A model generated the notes under the pieces. That model worked only from the letters and a program-made list of their open reading frames with translations, was not told the DNA's origin and ran no database searches. A program made the position numbers and the translations under genes. Source: an uncultured Eubacteriales bacterium (GTDB taxonomy: Bacteria > Bacillota > JAAYKD01). From it: a DNA stretch of 64,000 nt. The stretch spans positions 67,833 through 131,832 of the forward strand of contig CAYRNW010000004.1 of the NCBI GenBank assembly GCA_964425745.1. The letters run 5' to 3'. Below, in pieces: positions 20,267-31,049 of this stretch (within the stretch, counting starts at the first letter, position 1; the number at the start of each line of letters is the position of its first letter).

Positions 20267-21718
20267 TTAGATTTTCTCGTCTATAGGCTTTTTCTCCGGA
20301 TCTAACTCGTTATACAAGCGACGATATGCATCAATGAATCGTCCCTCAGAAAAGTAGCGAATCATGCGCTCGCGCCCTGCTTTACCGTATTGCTTTTGCA
20401 AATCCGGCGTTGTGATAATCTTAATGATATGTTCGGCAATTTGCTCGTAGTCCATGATTGGTACCAATAGACCTGCCGGTCCTAAATCATCCCCTTGTTT
20501 GCCTAAGAACAGCTCTTTACAACTGCCGACATTGGTCGAAACACAAGCAACGCCTGCCGCCATTGCTTCCATGAGTGCTAACGGTTGCCCCTCGCTAATC
20601 GAGGTCAAGACCATGACATCCATTCGTCCCACATACTCTTTGACATTGACCCGACCGGTAAATTGTAAATCGCCAATCCCCAGCTCTTTCCACAAAGCAA
20701 TACACTCCTGATAATACTCCGGGGCCTCGTCGGTAGGACCGATTAAATAAAAATAAGCATTGGGAACGCGTCGTTTCACAATATCGAAAGCATACAACAT
20801 GGTTTTGATGTCTTTGATTGGAGTCACCCGAATCACAGCTCCGACATTAAGTCTTCCTGCTTCTTCGGCTGTTTTGCCGGGTAAATTGCTAAACCCTTCT
20901 ACATTGACCCCATTGGAGATGACTTCGCAGTATAAAGGATCGGCACCCAATTCAATTTGGATGCGACGGTTGGTCTCAAACAAGGCTACAATACGATCGG
21001 CTGCCCGATATGCTCCTACGGAAAGGCTTTTGAAATAGTCAATCCAGAGCCGTTTGAAGCTTTTTTGCACCCAAGCCGCTACAATGATCTCTTCCTCTCG
21101 CTCCCTCGAATAGATTCCATGTTCTGTGATCAGCAGACTTCCTCCATATAAATGTTTTCCCATCGCTCCGGCAATCCCTGCATAGCCCGTGGACACCGTT
21201 TGATACAAATCGGCTTTGGGAGGTGGATTATTTAAAATGTGAAACAAAGTCATATACATAGACCGCATAGTCCAGACAAAGTCTACGAACCGTGTATCCC
21301 CGTATTGCTTGTTATACACCTCTTTGACAATATCATAGAAATCACTCCCTAAGAGAAAATTGCGTATGACCCGGTCTCCACGCTGAAAGAAGTCGAAAAT
21401 CATATTCCATTGATCCAGATTCGAAAGCATTAATCGGCGAATCTCATCGATCTCCCATTTGGCTGTCACGGTTGGCTTAGGAATTAAGCCTGCATTTTTT
21501 TCGCTCTTCAAGCTAATATCATTTAAAAATACTTCTTGGGCTCCTGTAACATTAGCCGGTAAGGTATATAAGAACTGTCCTTGTTTTTCCGAATCCGGCA
21601 TGATTGTATACAAAACGTATTCATGCTCCGGAAAGTTCCGAATCAATTGTTGTACCCAGGAGGACACCCCACCAACGATGTACGGATAACAGCCCTCCGC
21701 AATAAGGCATATTTTCAT
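20267..21718 (-). CDS. pelF: PelF GT4 glycosyltransferase
   Basis: 'EGCYPYIVGGVSSW' N-terminus and a GT-B/GT4 C-domain. Confidence 0.75.
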   Translation of the reverse strand: MKICLIAEGCYPYIVGGVSSWVQQLIRNFPEHEYVLYTIMPDSEKQGQFLYTLPANVTGAQEVFLNDISLKSEKNAGLIPKPTVTAKWEIDEIRRLMLSNLDQWNMIFDFFQRGDRVIRNFLLGSDFYDIVKEVYNKQYGDTRFVDFVWTMRSMYMTLFHILNNPPPKADLYQTVSTGYAGIAGAMGKHLYGGSLLITEHGIYSREREEEIIVAAWVQKSFKRLWIDYFKSLSVGAYRAADRIVALFETNRRIQIELGADPLYCEVISNGVNVEGFSNLPGKTAEEAGRLNVGAVIRVTPIKDIKTMLYAFDIVKRRVPNAYFYLIGPTDEAPEYYQECIALWKELGIGDLQFTGRVNVKEYVGRMDVMVLTSISEGQPLALMEAMAAGVACVSTNVGSCKELFLGKQGDDLGPAGLLVPIMDYEQIAEHIIKIITTPDLQKQYGKAGRERMIRYFSEGRFIDAYRRLYNELDPEKKPIDEKI

Positions 21719-21735
21719 AGGGAGCCCTCCTTTCT

Positions 21736-23535
21736 CTATTTTTGTAGAATGACTTCTTCACTCTGAAGGGTTATCACATAATAATTGCCGGTGTATTTTT
21801 CAACGGTATAGCCTTCCCCCGGCAGAATCGGCCATTCGCTTCTCAGCACAAACTGCATTCCTAAATATCCCTTAGCTACCTTAATCGCAATACTATCGGC
21901 CGTTTCAGAATAAGAAAACTCCGCATTTTGACTTTGCTCTGTAATCATTGCAGCTTGGCGAATCGTCGTATGCTCTACACCCGGGTAGCTTTGGATTAAT
22001 TCGGTGGTGGCAATGAACTCCTCGGTCCATTGGGGAAATGTCATCCGACTGTTTTCCAATACCTGATTGACATTCAGTGTCATGGAAGCCATGCCTTGCG
22101 CTAATAATGTATTACGAACCGTCCAGCGCATTCCGTCAAAACACGAGACCAGGGTATAATAGTAGAGATTTTCTATAACCGGATCTCTCTCCATGTCTCG
22201 AATCAACTGATCCGGGTACAAACGGCGACAGGTCAGAGCTAGGACGGAAAGATTGGGATCTAATTCCGGTAATTTTGCTAAAACTTCCGGTGCAATTCTC
22301 CCTTGCGGGGGCATATAAGTCGTAATAGTATATTTCGGGAAAATCCGTTCCAGCGGACTTTTGGCTGCTTGCAACGATTCCTCGATACTAGCAAAGGAAG
22401 ACCAAGGGATAAACCAGCCCATCTCTTGCAGTTGACCCTCTAGACCGAAGGGTCTCATACTAAAGCCATGAAAGGCAATCTCTCCGCCGTTTTGCAAAAC
22501 TTCTGCTGCATAGAGTTTAAAATCATTGATTGGAAATTGGTTCGACTGAAAATCGGTATCGGTATTCTCGTCATACGATAACACATAGGATAACACCGGT
22601 TTGACGTGAAAGTCTCGCATCAATCGGGTTATCAGCGGCCAGATCCGGCTTTGCATCATTTTATCGTAACTTAATTTTTCAGTCTCCATCATCGCTGAAT
22701 CCTCCACCTGATAAGGCGAAGCAAACTCCTCTAACAACAGTGTTGCTGTTCCGGAAATCGGATACAGAAACGAAGCGAGGTTCTTCTGTTTTAAAGTACG
22801 ATACAACACTTCCATGATCAGACCACGACTTTGATACGAGCTGAGAAAGTCACAATTGCTGATGTATAACATACCTTTTTCAAGATTTCGAGACCAAAAC
22901 AAGGGGTTCTCATCTTCATCGTGGAGATAAACCAAACAGTCTGGACGCAATCGCACCTGATACCGCAAGGGGATCGGTGCTTCAAAGCTGTAAACCTCCC
23001 CTTTCGGTCCTATGAGACCTTCGGCATCGATCAACTGGTTACATGAAATTTTGGTGGCTTTCTCAATGAGACCAAAGCTTGTAGATATTGAAATGTACGA
23101 ATCTGAGTTTTCCGGCACAATTGGGAAATAAGCCGTGGCGCCTTCTTCCACACAATTGAAAACCTCCTGCAGTAATGGGGCTCGGTCATAGCGTGCTAGA
23201 AGGATGATAATCAAGGGGTATTCGCTCAAAGAGACCTCTTCTTCCACCGAAATCAGGTCGTATTGCAATTTCGTTTTCTTTAACAACGACTGGAAGTTTT
23301 CTAAAACGTAATCTCGATCTGCGGCCAAAGGATCATACAGCAAAGCGATTTTATCGAGTTTATGTGTGTTCTCAACACTTACACCCGAACCCATGGCTTG
23401 AAAAACCGGGTACTCCGGTGCCAGGTAACGTTCGTTGTTATAAAAAATATCCATTTTGGAAATTTGCAGGGCAATGATTACGATAAGAAACAACCCCAGC
23501 ATTAACAAGGTTTTTTGAGAACTGTTTTCTTTCAT
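21736..23535 (-). CDS. PelA-like polysaccharide deacetylase/DUF2194-type protein (putative)
   Basis: 599 aa with an N-terminal TM anchor. The call rests on position between pelE and pelF, as in Gram-positive pel operons. The family is not confirmed by motif. Confidence 0.4.
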   Translation of the reverse strand: MKENSSQKTLLMLGLFLIVIIALQISKMDIFYNNERYLAPEYPVFQAMGSGVSVENTHKLDKIALLYDPLAADRDYVLENFQSLLKKTKLQYDLISVEEEVSLSEYPLIIILLARYDRAPLLQEVFNCVEEGATAYFPIVPENSDSYISISTSFGLIEKATKISCNQLIDAEGLIGPKGEVYSFEAPIPLRYQVRLRPDCLVYLHDEDENPLFWSRNLEKGMLYISNCDFLSSYQSRGLIMEVLYRTLKQKNLASFLYPISGTATLLLEEFASPYQVEDSAMMETEKLSYDKMMQSRIWPLITRLMRDFHVKPVLSYVLSYDENTDTDFQSNQFPINDFKLYAAEVLQNGGEIAFHGFSMRPFGLEGQLQEMGWFIPWSSFASIEESLQAAKSPLERIFPKYTITTYMPPQGRIAPEVLAKLPELDPNLSVLALTCRRLYPDQLIRDMERDPVIENLYYYTLVSCFDGMRWTVRNTLLAQGMASMTLNVNQVLENSRMTFPQWTEEFIATTELIQSYPGVEHTTIRQAAMITEQSQNAEFSYSETADSIAIKVAKGYLGMQFVLRSEWPILPGEGYTVEKYTGNYYVITLQSEEVILQK

Positions 23536-24461
23536 ACTTTCGCCCCCTCCTTGCGCCCGATTTGGGGATCGATGAAATAGCGAAAGGACGCCAATCTCTC
23601 TGGAGATAATTGAACTCGACTGGTGCGAATGCGTTGAATAATCTGCTGAAACAATTCTCGCTCTCCAAGAATGTAATAAAGCTCCAAAGCCGCAAAATAA
23701 ACGATTTCGTGATCAAACGCAGTAAGACAATCTGCCATAAAGGCCTTCGCTTCTTGAGCTCTTCCCAAATCTTGCAAGTAAAGCGCAGTATCTTTATAGA
23801 AAGCCATATCCATACCCTCTGCTACACTGATTCTGTCTTCAAAAAGCTTCAAAATTAGATCACAAAATTGGCGCTGATATTTGCGACGGTTTGCCGGATC
23901 TAAAATACCACTTTCAATGTAGTCGTGTAGGGTCTTTGCATAAGAGAGTTTATTTTGTAAAACGCTCTCATCCTCCTGTACCAGTTTACTCAGTTCAATC
24001 ACGGAGTTGTCGAACTTTCGTTTGATTTCCGTAAGAGCGGAAGAAGCATAATGGGAAACTTCGGTATCGGGATCGGACAACGCTTTTTTTAGTTCTTTGA
24101 CATATTGCAAAGAGTCGCTGCTGAAAATTCTCATAACAGCATCTCGGCGAGTTGCTACATCTTCGAAAAGCAAAATATCGGTTAAGGACGCTGTATGCAG
24201 GTCACGTTGCCGATCTGCCTGAAACAAGGGGGGACCCTCTTCTTTCGAAAACTCTTTATACTGTTCAACAGCTGCCTGATTTTCTTGTGTTTTTCTCTGC
24301 ATGAGCCAAACGAAGAAGCCACCGATCAAAGGTAAAAAGAAGGCGATGAACCAATTCATCAAGAAAAATCGTTGCTTTCTCGTAATCATAATCACCAACA
24401 GAACTACGATGAGTACAACATAATAGAGGAGCAAAACCCATTGAAACGCCATTTCCAGCAT
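23532..24461 (-). CDS. PelE-like membrane/TPR-like protein (putative)
   Basis: 309 aa with two N-terminal TM helices and a helical repeat C-terminus. Translationally coupled (ATGA) to the downstream gene. Confidence 0.4.
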   Translation of the reverse strand: MLEMAFQWVLLLYYVVLIVVLLVIMITRKQRFFLMNWFIAFFLPLIGGFFVWLMQRKTQENQAAVEQYKEFSKEEGPPLFQADRQRDLHTASLTDILLFEDVATRRDAVMRIFSSDSLQYVKELKKALSDPDTEVSHYASSALTEIKRKFDNSVIELSKLVQEDESVLQNKLSYAKTLHDYIESGILDPANRRKYQRQFCDLILKLFEDRISVAEGMDMAFYKDTALYLQDLGRAQEAKAFMADCLTAFDHEIVYFAALELYYILGERELFQQIIQRIRTSRVQLSPERLASFRYFIDPQIGRKEGAKV

Positions 24462-24484
24462 GGTGTGTTCCTCCTAACTCCTCT

Positions 24485-26614
24485 TTACTTGTCTAAAATC
24501 TGCGACTCAATTCCGGCTTTTTGTAAACGCTCCACAACAATGGTGGCTTCGCTGGGAGAGGTTGTCAACAAGAGCGCTCCAACTCCACCCGTACTAAGCC
24601 GTCCAATTTCATCGGTGTCTCGTAGGAAGCGCCGAGTCTTAGCTGCAGTTTCTACCATCTCTTGATCAGTTGCCAGGATTTGCAATACGGTATATTCAAT
24701 ACCACTATTCTCCCAGCCCTTTTTTGCGAAGCTAATGACCTTCTGAAAATTCTCTGCTTTCATGATATCGCTCGAACCCTCAAAAGTATATTGATCCATT
24801 AAGGTTTCATATATGTGAGCGTTCCTGTAAGCATCATCCAACAAATCTTTGGTGATATGTAAAACGTTCATGTAATAGAGCGTTAATTTATCGAACGCCA
24901 TATTCTCTATCATCACCAAGACCGTGACATGATTGTTAACCGATATGGGGAGAATCACCGAGGGCATATCCGGATTCAAATATTGGTTTGTATAGAACCG
25001 GTTGTTTTGAACAATATCAAGAAGCACAGAATTTTCGGTGATGTTATACGATTTGTGGAATTTGGCGGGCTGCTCGCCGATGTAGAGTAGCCGGCGCATA
25101 AAATTACTGCCAGGCTGTCGTACAAAGAGTGAGATGTTGGGTTCGTCGGTGAGATCACGAATGGAGGTTAGCGTTCCCCAGAAAATGTCCTGTTGTGAGA
25201 GCGAGTTTAGGCTTTTAATCGAAGCATATAATTTCCCTAACCCGGATTCATACTTCAAAATTCGAGTTTCTTGCTCCATTTTAATCTGTCCTAAGTCACT
25301 ATTGATTTGGCGCATAATCTCCAATTCTTTACTCAAATCCTCGATTTGTAATTGCCTCTCGTGAATCGCAAAATTCTTCCGTTCCAATACATAGCCAATG
25401 CTCATCGCAATCACTAGTGCTTGTACCATCTGCAACAAGACATTGACATTGGAAAAAGTTGCAACAATACTATAGCCGTCCAAAAGTGAATTGATCACGT
25501 AATAGCCACTGACTAAAATAGCGGAAAAAATTCCTTGATTGATGCCAAAAACAATGGAAATGAAGATCAGGTAGATTGTGAGGTACTGAGTAATGAAGGT
25601 ATCGGAGTATCCGGTTTGCCAATACGTAAGATACGCCAATGCCGAAAACAAGGCAAGGTTTTCAATCGTTCGCCAAAATCCTGTATGGGAAGCTCTTTCT
25701 CGCTTCACAATTGCTTTTTTAACCCGTCTCGAGTCTTGATGCCACTGTACCGTTGATTCAATCATGACAGCAACATTTCGCCGCAAAACCAGACCCAATT
25801 CCATGGCGGCTTTGAGTCCATAATGAGTTGGTTCTTCTCCGCTTTTATTTCTGCCTATGAGGACTTTGCTAGGCCGAGCAAAAATCAACCCTTTGCTGTG
25901 CAGCTCTCGATATATCTCATTGGCCAACTCTTCCCCCGAAATCGGATTTGCGGGAACGATGTTGTATACGCCCTCGATACTGTCATTCAAACTACGAACA
26001 ATGGCTTCTACAGCATCTCCGGCTGCAACCAAATAGTGAAATCCATGAAGTCCCACTTGAATTTTGCCTTCTTGCAGGGCTTGCTCCACCATCTCAAATG
26101 CGACCGTCGTCGAATCCAACGTTTCATACTCTCCGGTAACCATGGGGAGCCGCAAAAAGATATTGAAAAATCGATCCTTGGGTCTGAAGCTCAAAAATGC
26201 CTGCTCACACAAGACATGCGTTCTGGCATCAATACTTAAAGGCGCTACCTCATCGGTTTCGGCTTTCAATCCTTCACCATAAACAGAAACATTTGAAAGA
26301 TAAATTATTTTCGCAGTTTCATGTAAAACCGAAAGTTCTGCAAGTGCTGTGACTTCAGTAACTTTTTTTATAGAATCCTCGATGGTCAGTACTTCTTTGC
26401 AATCGGCATACAGAATAACCTCAGGCTTTTCCGCAGCGAAAATATCTTTCAAGCTCCTGAGGTCACTGCTCACATATTTAGAATGCGGCACGTTGGCCGA
26501 GTGCTCCGGCTGCTTGTTTTGATAAACACCTACCACTCGGTAATGATCACGGTAGAAACGGATAATGCTATGGATCCCTAAAAAACGCTCGGCTCCAATG
26601 ACCATAATTTTCAT
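24485..26614 (-). CDS. pelD: PelD-like c-di-GMP receptor with N-terminal NAD-dependent epimerase domain (Gram-positive type)
   Basis: N-terminal Rossmann fold 'MKIMVIGAERFLG', central TM block, C-terminal GAF/degenerate-GGDEF region with a candidate RxxD ('RDTD'). Confidence 0.55.
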   Translation of the reverse strand: MKIMVIGAERFLGIHSIIRFYRDHYRVVGVYQNKQPEHSANVPHSKYVSSDLRSLKDIFAAEKPEVILYADCKEVLTIEDSIKKVTEVTALAELSVLHETAKIIYLSNVSVYGEGLKAETDEVAPLSIDARTHVLCEQAFLSFRPKDRFFNIFLRLPMVTGEYETLDSTTVAFEMVEQALQEGKIQVGLHGFHYLVAAGDAVEAIVRSLNDSIEGVYNIVPANPISGEELANEIYRELHSKGLIFARPSKVLIGRNKSGEEPTHYGLKAAMELGLVLRRNVAVMIESTVQWHQDSRRVKKAIVKRERASHTGFWRTIENLALFSALAYLTYWQTGYSDTFITQYLTIYLIFISIVFGINQGIFSAILVSGYYVINSLLDGYSIVATFSNVNVLLQMVQALVIAMSIGYVLERKNFAIHERQLQIEDLSKELEIMRQINSDLGQIKMEQETRILKYESGLGKLYASIKSLNSLSQQDIFWGTLTSIRDLTDEPNISLFVRQPGSNFMRRLLYIGEQPAKFHKSYNITENSVLLDIVQNNRFYTNQYLNPDMPSVILPISVNNHVTVLVMIENMAFDKLTLYYMNVLHITKDLLDDAYRNAHIYETLMDQYTFEGSSDIMKAENFQKVISFAKKGWENSGIEYTVLQILATDQEMVETAAKTRRFLRDTDEIGRLSTGGVGALLLTTSPSEATIVVERLQKAGIESQILDK

Positions 26615-28776
26615 GGCTGCTCACCTGCCTGCCTCTGCACATTCAGCGTGTCCAAACTCTGGGGCATTGCTAAATGGTAGCCCTGACCCAAGGAAATGCC
26701 AATCTGATACAAACTCTGCACCTGTTCTTCTGTTTCAATCCCTTCTGCTACACAGAGGATGTTTAAATTCTCGCAATAATCGCGAATGCTCTTGATCATA
26801 TAAAAAGACTTTTCATCGTTGAGAATATTTGACATCAGCTCAATGGGTATTTTAAGCCCGTCAAATTTTACTTGAGCCAACATGATATTATTGGAAAATC
26901 CGGTTCCATAATCATCGGCAATGATTTTGATTCCAGAACTCTTCAATTGCTCCGCTTTCACCATAACTTCTTCGGGCTTATTATAAATATGCTCAGTCAA
27001 CTCAATGTACAATTGTTTTCCTTGACGAGCCAAGACATTGGCCAACGCTTTCATTTCATCGAGGATCGGCGTGTTGCCTAAAATATTCACCGAAATATCG
27101 GTCGGAATTTCTCCGTTCAGCGCCAATGCATGGATTTTTTTGAAGATCATGCGGTCCAATTCCACATCCAGCCCGGCAACCACACAGTCTCCGATAAACT
27201 CACCGGTATTCGAATAGACTTCATTATGGACGCGGAGTAGCGCTTCTAAGAAAAGTATTTCTTTAGAAGCAATCTTCAAGATCGGTTGAAAGACGAGTGA
27301 AAAATCTCCGCGACTTATGATCCCCGGTAAATAACGCAACCTCAACAAGCGCTGATTATACTGCTCGTATTGCGAAGGAACAAACAAATAGACATCACTG
27401 TTTTCCTGATTATCGGTCCGATATTTGCAAAAATTGAGCTTTTTGAGAACTTCGTCAACATCACTGAGCGTTTGCACCCGTAAACTTTCCGTATACAAGG
27501 CCCCGATTTTTGCTTTCATAGCAAATTGCTTCTCTTGTACGACATAGACATCACTAAAAACTTCTACCAAACGACGTAATGCTTTATGTTCTTGGCCCTC
27601 TTTGGGATTTTCTTGTAGGGTAAACAAGAGTTCTCCGGTTTTGACGGAATAAATTTGTGCTTGTGGAAATTCTTTTCGCAACACATTGGCAATTGTTTTA
27701 AAACAAGCCAACTCAAACTCGGTTTCATAAACCGTGCTTTTCTGAAAATCCAAATTCAAGCGCAATGAAGCAAAGAGCATGAACTCCGTGGAGGCTTTAC
27801 AGTAGTCTAGAATGCCTTCTTTCATTACTGGATAGCCGGGAAATCCGGTCACATAATCGCGTGCTTTCGCCCGATATAGCACCTCGGTACGAGAAGTTTG
27901 CTTGGTAATGTCACGAATCACCCCTAAGTAGCCCCCCAGCAATCTGGGATACGCAAAATATTCTATAAAAATCTCCTGGCCGGTTGCCGGTGTGCTAAAA
28001 AGAGTCCGCTCCACTTTTCGATTCGTAACCCGAACATGGGCTTCCGTAGAATCTCCAAGCAACTGTTGAAACTCCTCTAACGGCATGATCAACCGCGGGA
28101 GCTCCAAATCTTCGGCACATTTCCGGGAAAAATGCACTTGCTTTTTCTGTTCGTTCACCCAAAAAACGTAGAGGTTATCATATTTGGTAAGCAACTCCAG
28201 AAAATATCGGCTAAGATAAACGGACCCAAGCAGGTTCTGGGGAAAAAATGCTGCTATGGTTAAAGTTAAAATCAGGCCTAATGTGGCCACAAAAACTGCC
28301 AGGGTCAAAAGTACTTCGGCATCGTAGCGACCCAAATACCCATTGATATGAATTTCAGAAAAAACCACCGGTACAACGCTAAAAAGCAGGAGACCTGCCA
28401 TGATTTCCTTTTTCAATTTGCTGAATAAGAAGCCAGCAGCGACGGCGAGTAAGGCCACGGCATACCACAGGGAAAACGGAGAAAAGTAAACGCTGAGTAG
28501 ATAAAGCGGAGCAAAGCTAATCAAGCTTCGCCAAGAAAATTTAAGTGTGAGAAAAAATAACAGCAGGAATTTTAGATTCAAAACTGCTTGATCCTGCACG
28601 TAAAAGACGTGCGAGTTGAGCAAAAAACAAGCTCCACCCAAAAAGAAGCCAACAATCCAATCGCGGCTGCTAGGCGAGTAATCAAAATAGTTATGGATCA
28701 TTGTAGCAAGAACAAAAAGTGCGACAAAAATCCCAAATCCGGAAAGAATGTAACCCATTAGATCAATTATTGGCAT
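26611..28776 (-). CDS. membrane-anchored EAL-domain c-di-GMP phosphodiesterase with degenerate GGDEF (CdgF-like)
   Basis: Multi-TM N-terminus. C-terminal EAL motifs 'EALLRV', 'DDYGTGFSN', 'KFDGLKI'. Overlaps pelD by 4 nt. Confidence 0.7.
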   Translation of the reverse strand: MPIIDLMGYILSGFGIFVALFVLATMIHNYFDYSPSSRDWIVGFFLGGACFLLNSHVFYVQDQAVLNLKFLLLFFLTLKFSWRSLISFAPLYLLSVYFSPFSLWYAVALLAVAAGFLFSKLKKEIMAGLLLFSVVPVVFSEIHINGYLGRYDAEVLLTLAVFVATLGLILTLTIAAFFPQNLLGSVYLSRYFLELLTKYDNLYVFWVNEQKKQVHFSRKCAEDLELPRLIMPLEEFQQLLGDSTEAHVRVTNRKVERTLFSTPATGQEIFIEYFAYPRLLGGYLGVIRDITKQTSRTEVLYRAKARDYVTGFPGYPVMKEGILDYCKASTEFMLFASLRLNLDFQKSTVYETEFELACFKTIANVLRKEFPQAQIYSVKTGELLFTLQENPKEGQEHKALRRLVEVFSDVYVVQEKQFAMKAKIGALYTESLRVQTLSDVDEVLKKLNFCKYRTDNQENSDVYLFVPSQYEQYNQRLLRLRYLPGIISRGDFSLVFQPILKIASKEILFLEALLRVHNEVYSNTGEFIGDCVVAGLDVELDRMIFKKIHALALNGEIPTDISVNILGNTPILDEMKALANVLARQGKQLYIELTEHIYNKPEEVMVKAEQLKSSGIKIIADDYGTGFSNNIMLAQVKFDGLKIPIELMSNILNDEKSFYMIKSIRDYCENLNILCVAEGIETEEQVQSLYQIGISLGQGYHLAMPQSLDTLNVQRQAGEQP

Positions 28777-28906
28777 GATGTCCTCCTCCCTGCACTGGTA
28801 GGGGATGTTTGTTGGTTTCTCTATGATTCTGTTATTCCTATTCTACTATAGTTTCTCCAAACATACAATCAAAGACCTGCAAAACTCCGTTTTAAATTTC
28901 CTCACC

Positions 28907-28935
28907 TTGACGAGAACGCCACTTCGCGTTACAAT
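28907..28935 (+). promoter_or_regulatory. sigmaA-like promoter (TTGACG, 17 nt, TACAAT) for the 28983 gene
   Basis: Read directly from the sequence. Confidence 0.4.
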
Positions 28936-28982
28936 TATTCTGTAGAATTTGCTTCTAATTTACAGAAAGAAGGAAGTACACG

Positions 28983-29738
28983 ATGCATGAATTACGTAGA
29001 AAATTCCATGTCACGGCTTTAATTCCTTTCGGCGTTGCTGCATCTTGTTGTCTGGGAATTTTGACACACAGCACGATGCAAAACGGGGATTTCATGGCGG
29101 CTATTTTCAAAGCCTTTACCATTCAAAGCAACATCTGGGCTGGCAGTATTGCCCTCCTTGGTTTGGGTTTTTCTTGGTTTAGCAAGAACAAATCCGGACC
29201 TGCATGGCTGGAACCCATTCGTTTTATGTTTACCACCTCAATCACGCTGACCTGGCTGGTATTTGCGATTCTTTTGACACCAACCATGAGCTTGAGTTAC
29301 CTGCTTTCGCAGTCGAATTTCTATTTGCATAGCTTAACCCCCATTTTGAGCGTGATCGATTACATCCGTCAACCTAACGATAGGGTTCCCTTCAAAAACC
29401 TTTGGACCGTCATGATCATGCCGATTTTATATAGTCTCTACTTCTTTGTGGAATACGCCTATACCGGAGAAATGCCGGTGCGCTATTTCTTTATGGACTA
29501 TCGAAAACACGGCTGGTTCGGTATCAGTCGCAAGGGCTTGGGCGTTGTTTATTGGATGATCCTTTTACTGACTACGCTAGTCGGTATTGGCCGTAGCTTG
29601 TTGGCCTTGCGCGAATGGGGTAAAAAAGATCCTCTGAAAACCTCACTATGGACAGCTGGCATCATGCTCTTGATTTCTGCGGTCATGGTCTTGGTTCGCT
29701 CAAGAATGCCCTCCACAGAAAAGGACTCTTCTAATTAG
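28983..29738 (+). CDS. hypothetical integral membrane protein
   Basis: 251 aa with about 6 TM helices. Confidence 0.45.
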   Translation: MHELRRKFHVTALIPFGVAASCCLGILTHSTMQNGDFMAAIFKAFTIQSNIWAGSIALLGLGFSWFSKNKSGPAWLEPIRFMFTTSITLTWLVFAILLTPTMSLSYLLSQSNFYLHSLTPILSVIDYIRQPNDRVPFKNLWTVMIMPILYSLYFFVEYAYTGEMPVRYFFMDYRKHGWFGISRKGLGVVYWMILLLTTLVGIGRSLLALREWGKKDPLKTSLWTAGIMLLISAVMVLVRSRMPSTEKDSSN

Positions 29739-29829
29739 GAAGGGTCTTTTTTTAGAAAGGATTTTTCGTTTTTGTTGCGAATCTTACTGGAAGAACATTA
29801 CACACAGAGAAAAAGAGGAGGAAATCAAT

Positions 29830-30936
29830 ATGGATGTTCAAGCGTATCGTAAACTTTTCCCCGTCACTCAAAATTATGTATTTTTAAACAATGCTGCAGA
29901 ATCCCCGCTCAATGAACCCTTCCGCCTAAAACTAGAGGACTATTTAAAGGTCTGCTCCACTGCCCCGCAAGAGAAGCCCTCTACCGTGCGCGAGGAGGTT
30001 CGAGCTCGTTTAGCCCAACTGCTTGGCGGCTCAGCAGACGAATACGCCTTGGTCACCAGCACCGGTGTTGGGGTTAGCATTGTCGCGGCTGGGTATCCTT
30101 GGCAAGAGGGAGACAATATTGTAGTTCCCGCTGACGAACATTGGAACAATACCTTTCCCTGGCTGGCGTTACGAGAAAAAAATGTGGATGTGCGTATTGT
30201 GCCCGTGGATGAGCATAATCGCATTAAAGTTGAAGATGTGGCCGCTCGAGTCGATGCCAACACTAAAATCGTGGCTGCAGCAGCGGTTCGGTTCAATTCT
30301 GGATTTCGCAGTGATTTAAAAGCCCTGAGTAGCCTAGCACACAAGGTGGGAGCCCTATTTTTGGTCGACGGTATTCAAGCTACCGGAGTGATGCCTTTGA
30401 ATGTTGAAAAAGATGGCATCGATATCCTCTGCTGCGCCGGCTTTAAATGGTTGCTCGGTATGCCCGGCACCGGCTTTTTATATGTGCGTTCCGATGTGCA
30501 ACGCCGAATCAACCCCAGCATGCCTGGCATGTTCGCTGCCGAGAATATCTTTACCGATTTGAATTATCATGAAGACGCCCGCCGCTTTGAGACCGGCTCC
30601 ATTGCCTATTCTTTATTCCATGCCTGGACGGCAGGGCTGGATATTCTGCTCGAAGTCGGCGTTGAGAATATCTACACTCGTGTCATGCATTTGATCGACC
30701 TGCTGATTAAGGGCATTCGCGCCAAAGGTCATACATTATTATCCCCCGTGGAAACACAGGCCGAACGTTCTTCGATTTTGATTTTCAGTGTCGGCGATGC
30801 TGCAGCCAACAAAGCCTTATACACCGCCTTGCGTGTTAAGGGAATTATCGTTACCTACCGCTCCGGCACGATTCGTGTCAGCCCCTCCTTCTTCAATACC
30901 GAAGAGGAGATTGCTGCATTCGTAGAGGCGATTTAA
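29830..30936 (+). CDS. class V aminotransferase / cysteine-desulfurase-like PLP enzyme
   Basis: 368 aa, class V fold pattern. Confidence 0.7.
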   Translation: MDVQAYRKLFPVTQNYVFLNNAAESPLNEPFRLKLEDYLKVCSTAPQEKPSTVREEVRARLAQLLGGSADEYALVTSTGVGVSIVAAGYPWQEGDNIVVPADEHWNNTFPWLALREKNVDVRIVPVDEHNRIKVEDVAARVDANTKIVAAAAVRFNSGFRSDLKALSSLAHKVGALFLVDGIQATGVMPLNVEKDGIDILCCAGFKWLLGMPGTGFLYVRSDVQRRINPSMPGMFAAENIFTDLNYHEDARRFETGSIAYSLFHAWTAGLDILLEVGVENIYTRVMHLIDLLIKGIRAKGHTLLSPVETQAERSSILIFSVGDAAANKALYTALRVKGIIVTYRSGTIRVSPSFFNTEEEIAAFVEAI

Positions 30937-31007
30937 ACCCAAATTCACAGGGTTCGCAGGTTTTCAGGTTATCAGATCCTCAGAATCACTAATCACTTAA
31001 TAAAAAA

Positions 31008-31049
31008 ACGGAACACCTCGAAAAAAATCGAAGTGTTCCGTCTTTTTTT
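31008..31049. terminator. bidirectional rho-independent terminator
   Basis: A-run, hairpin ACGGAACACCTCG/CGAAGTGTTCCGT, then a T-run, between convergent genes. Confidence 0.7.

Noticed and set aside
24976-26282. Multiple small plus-strand ORFs inside pelD
   Set aside because: All are antisense within a long, well-supported minus-strand gene.
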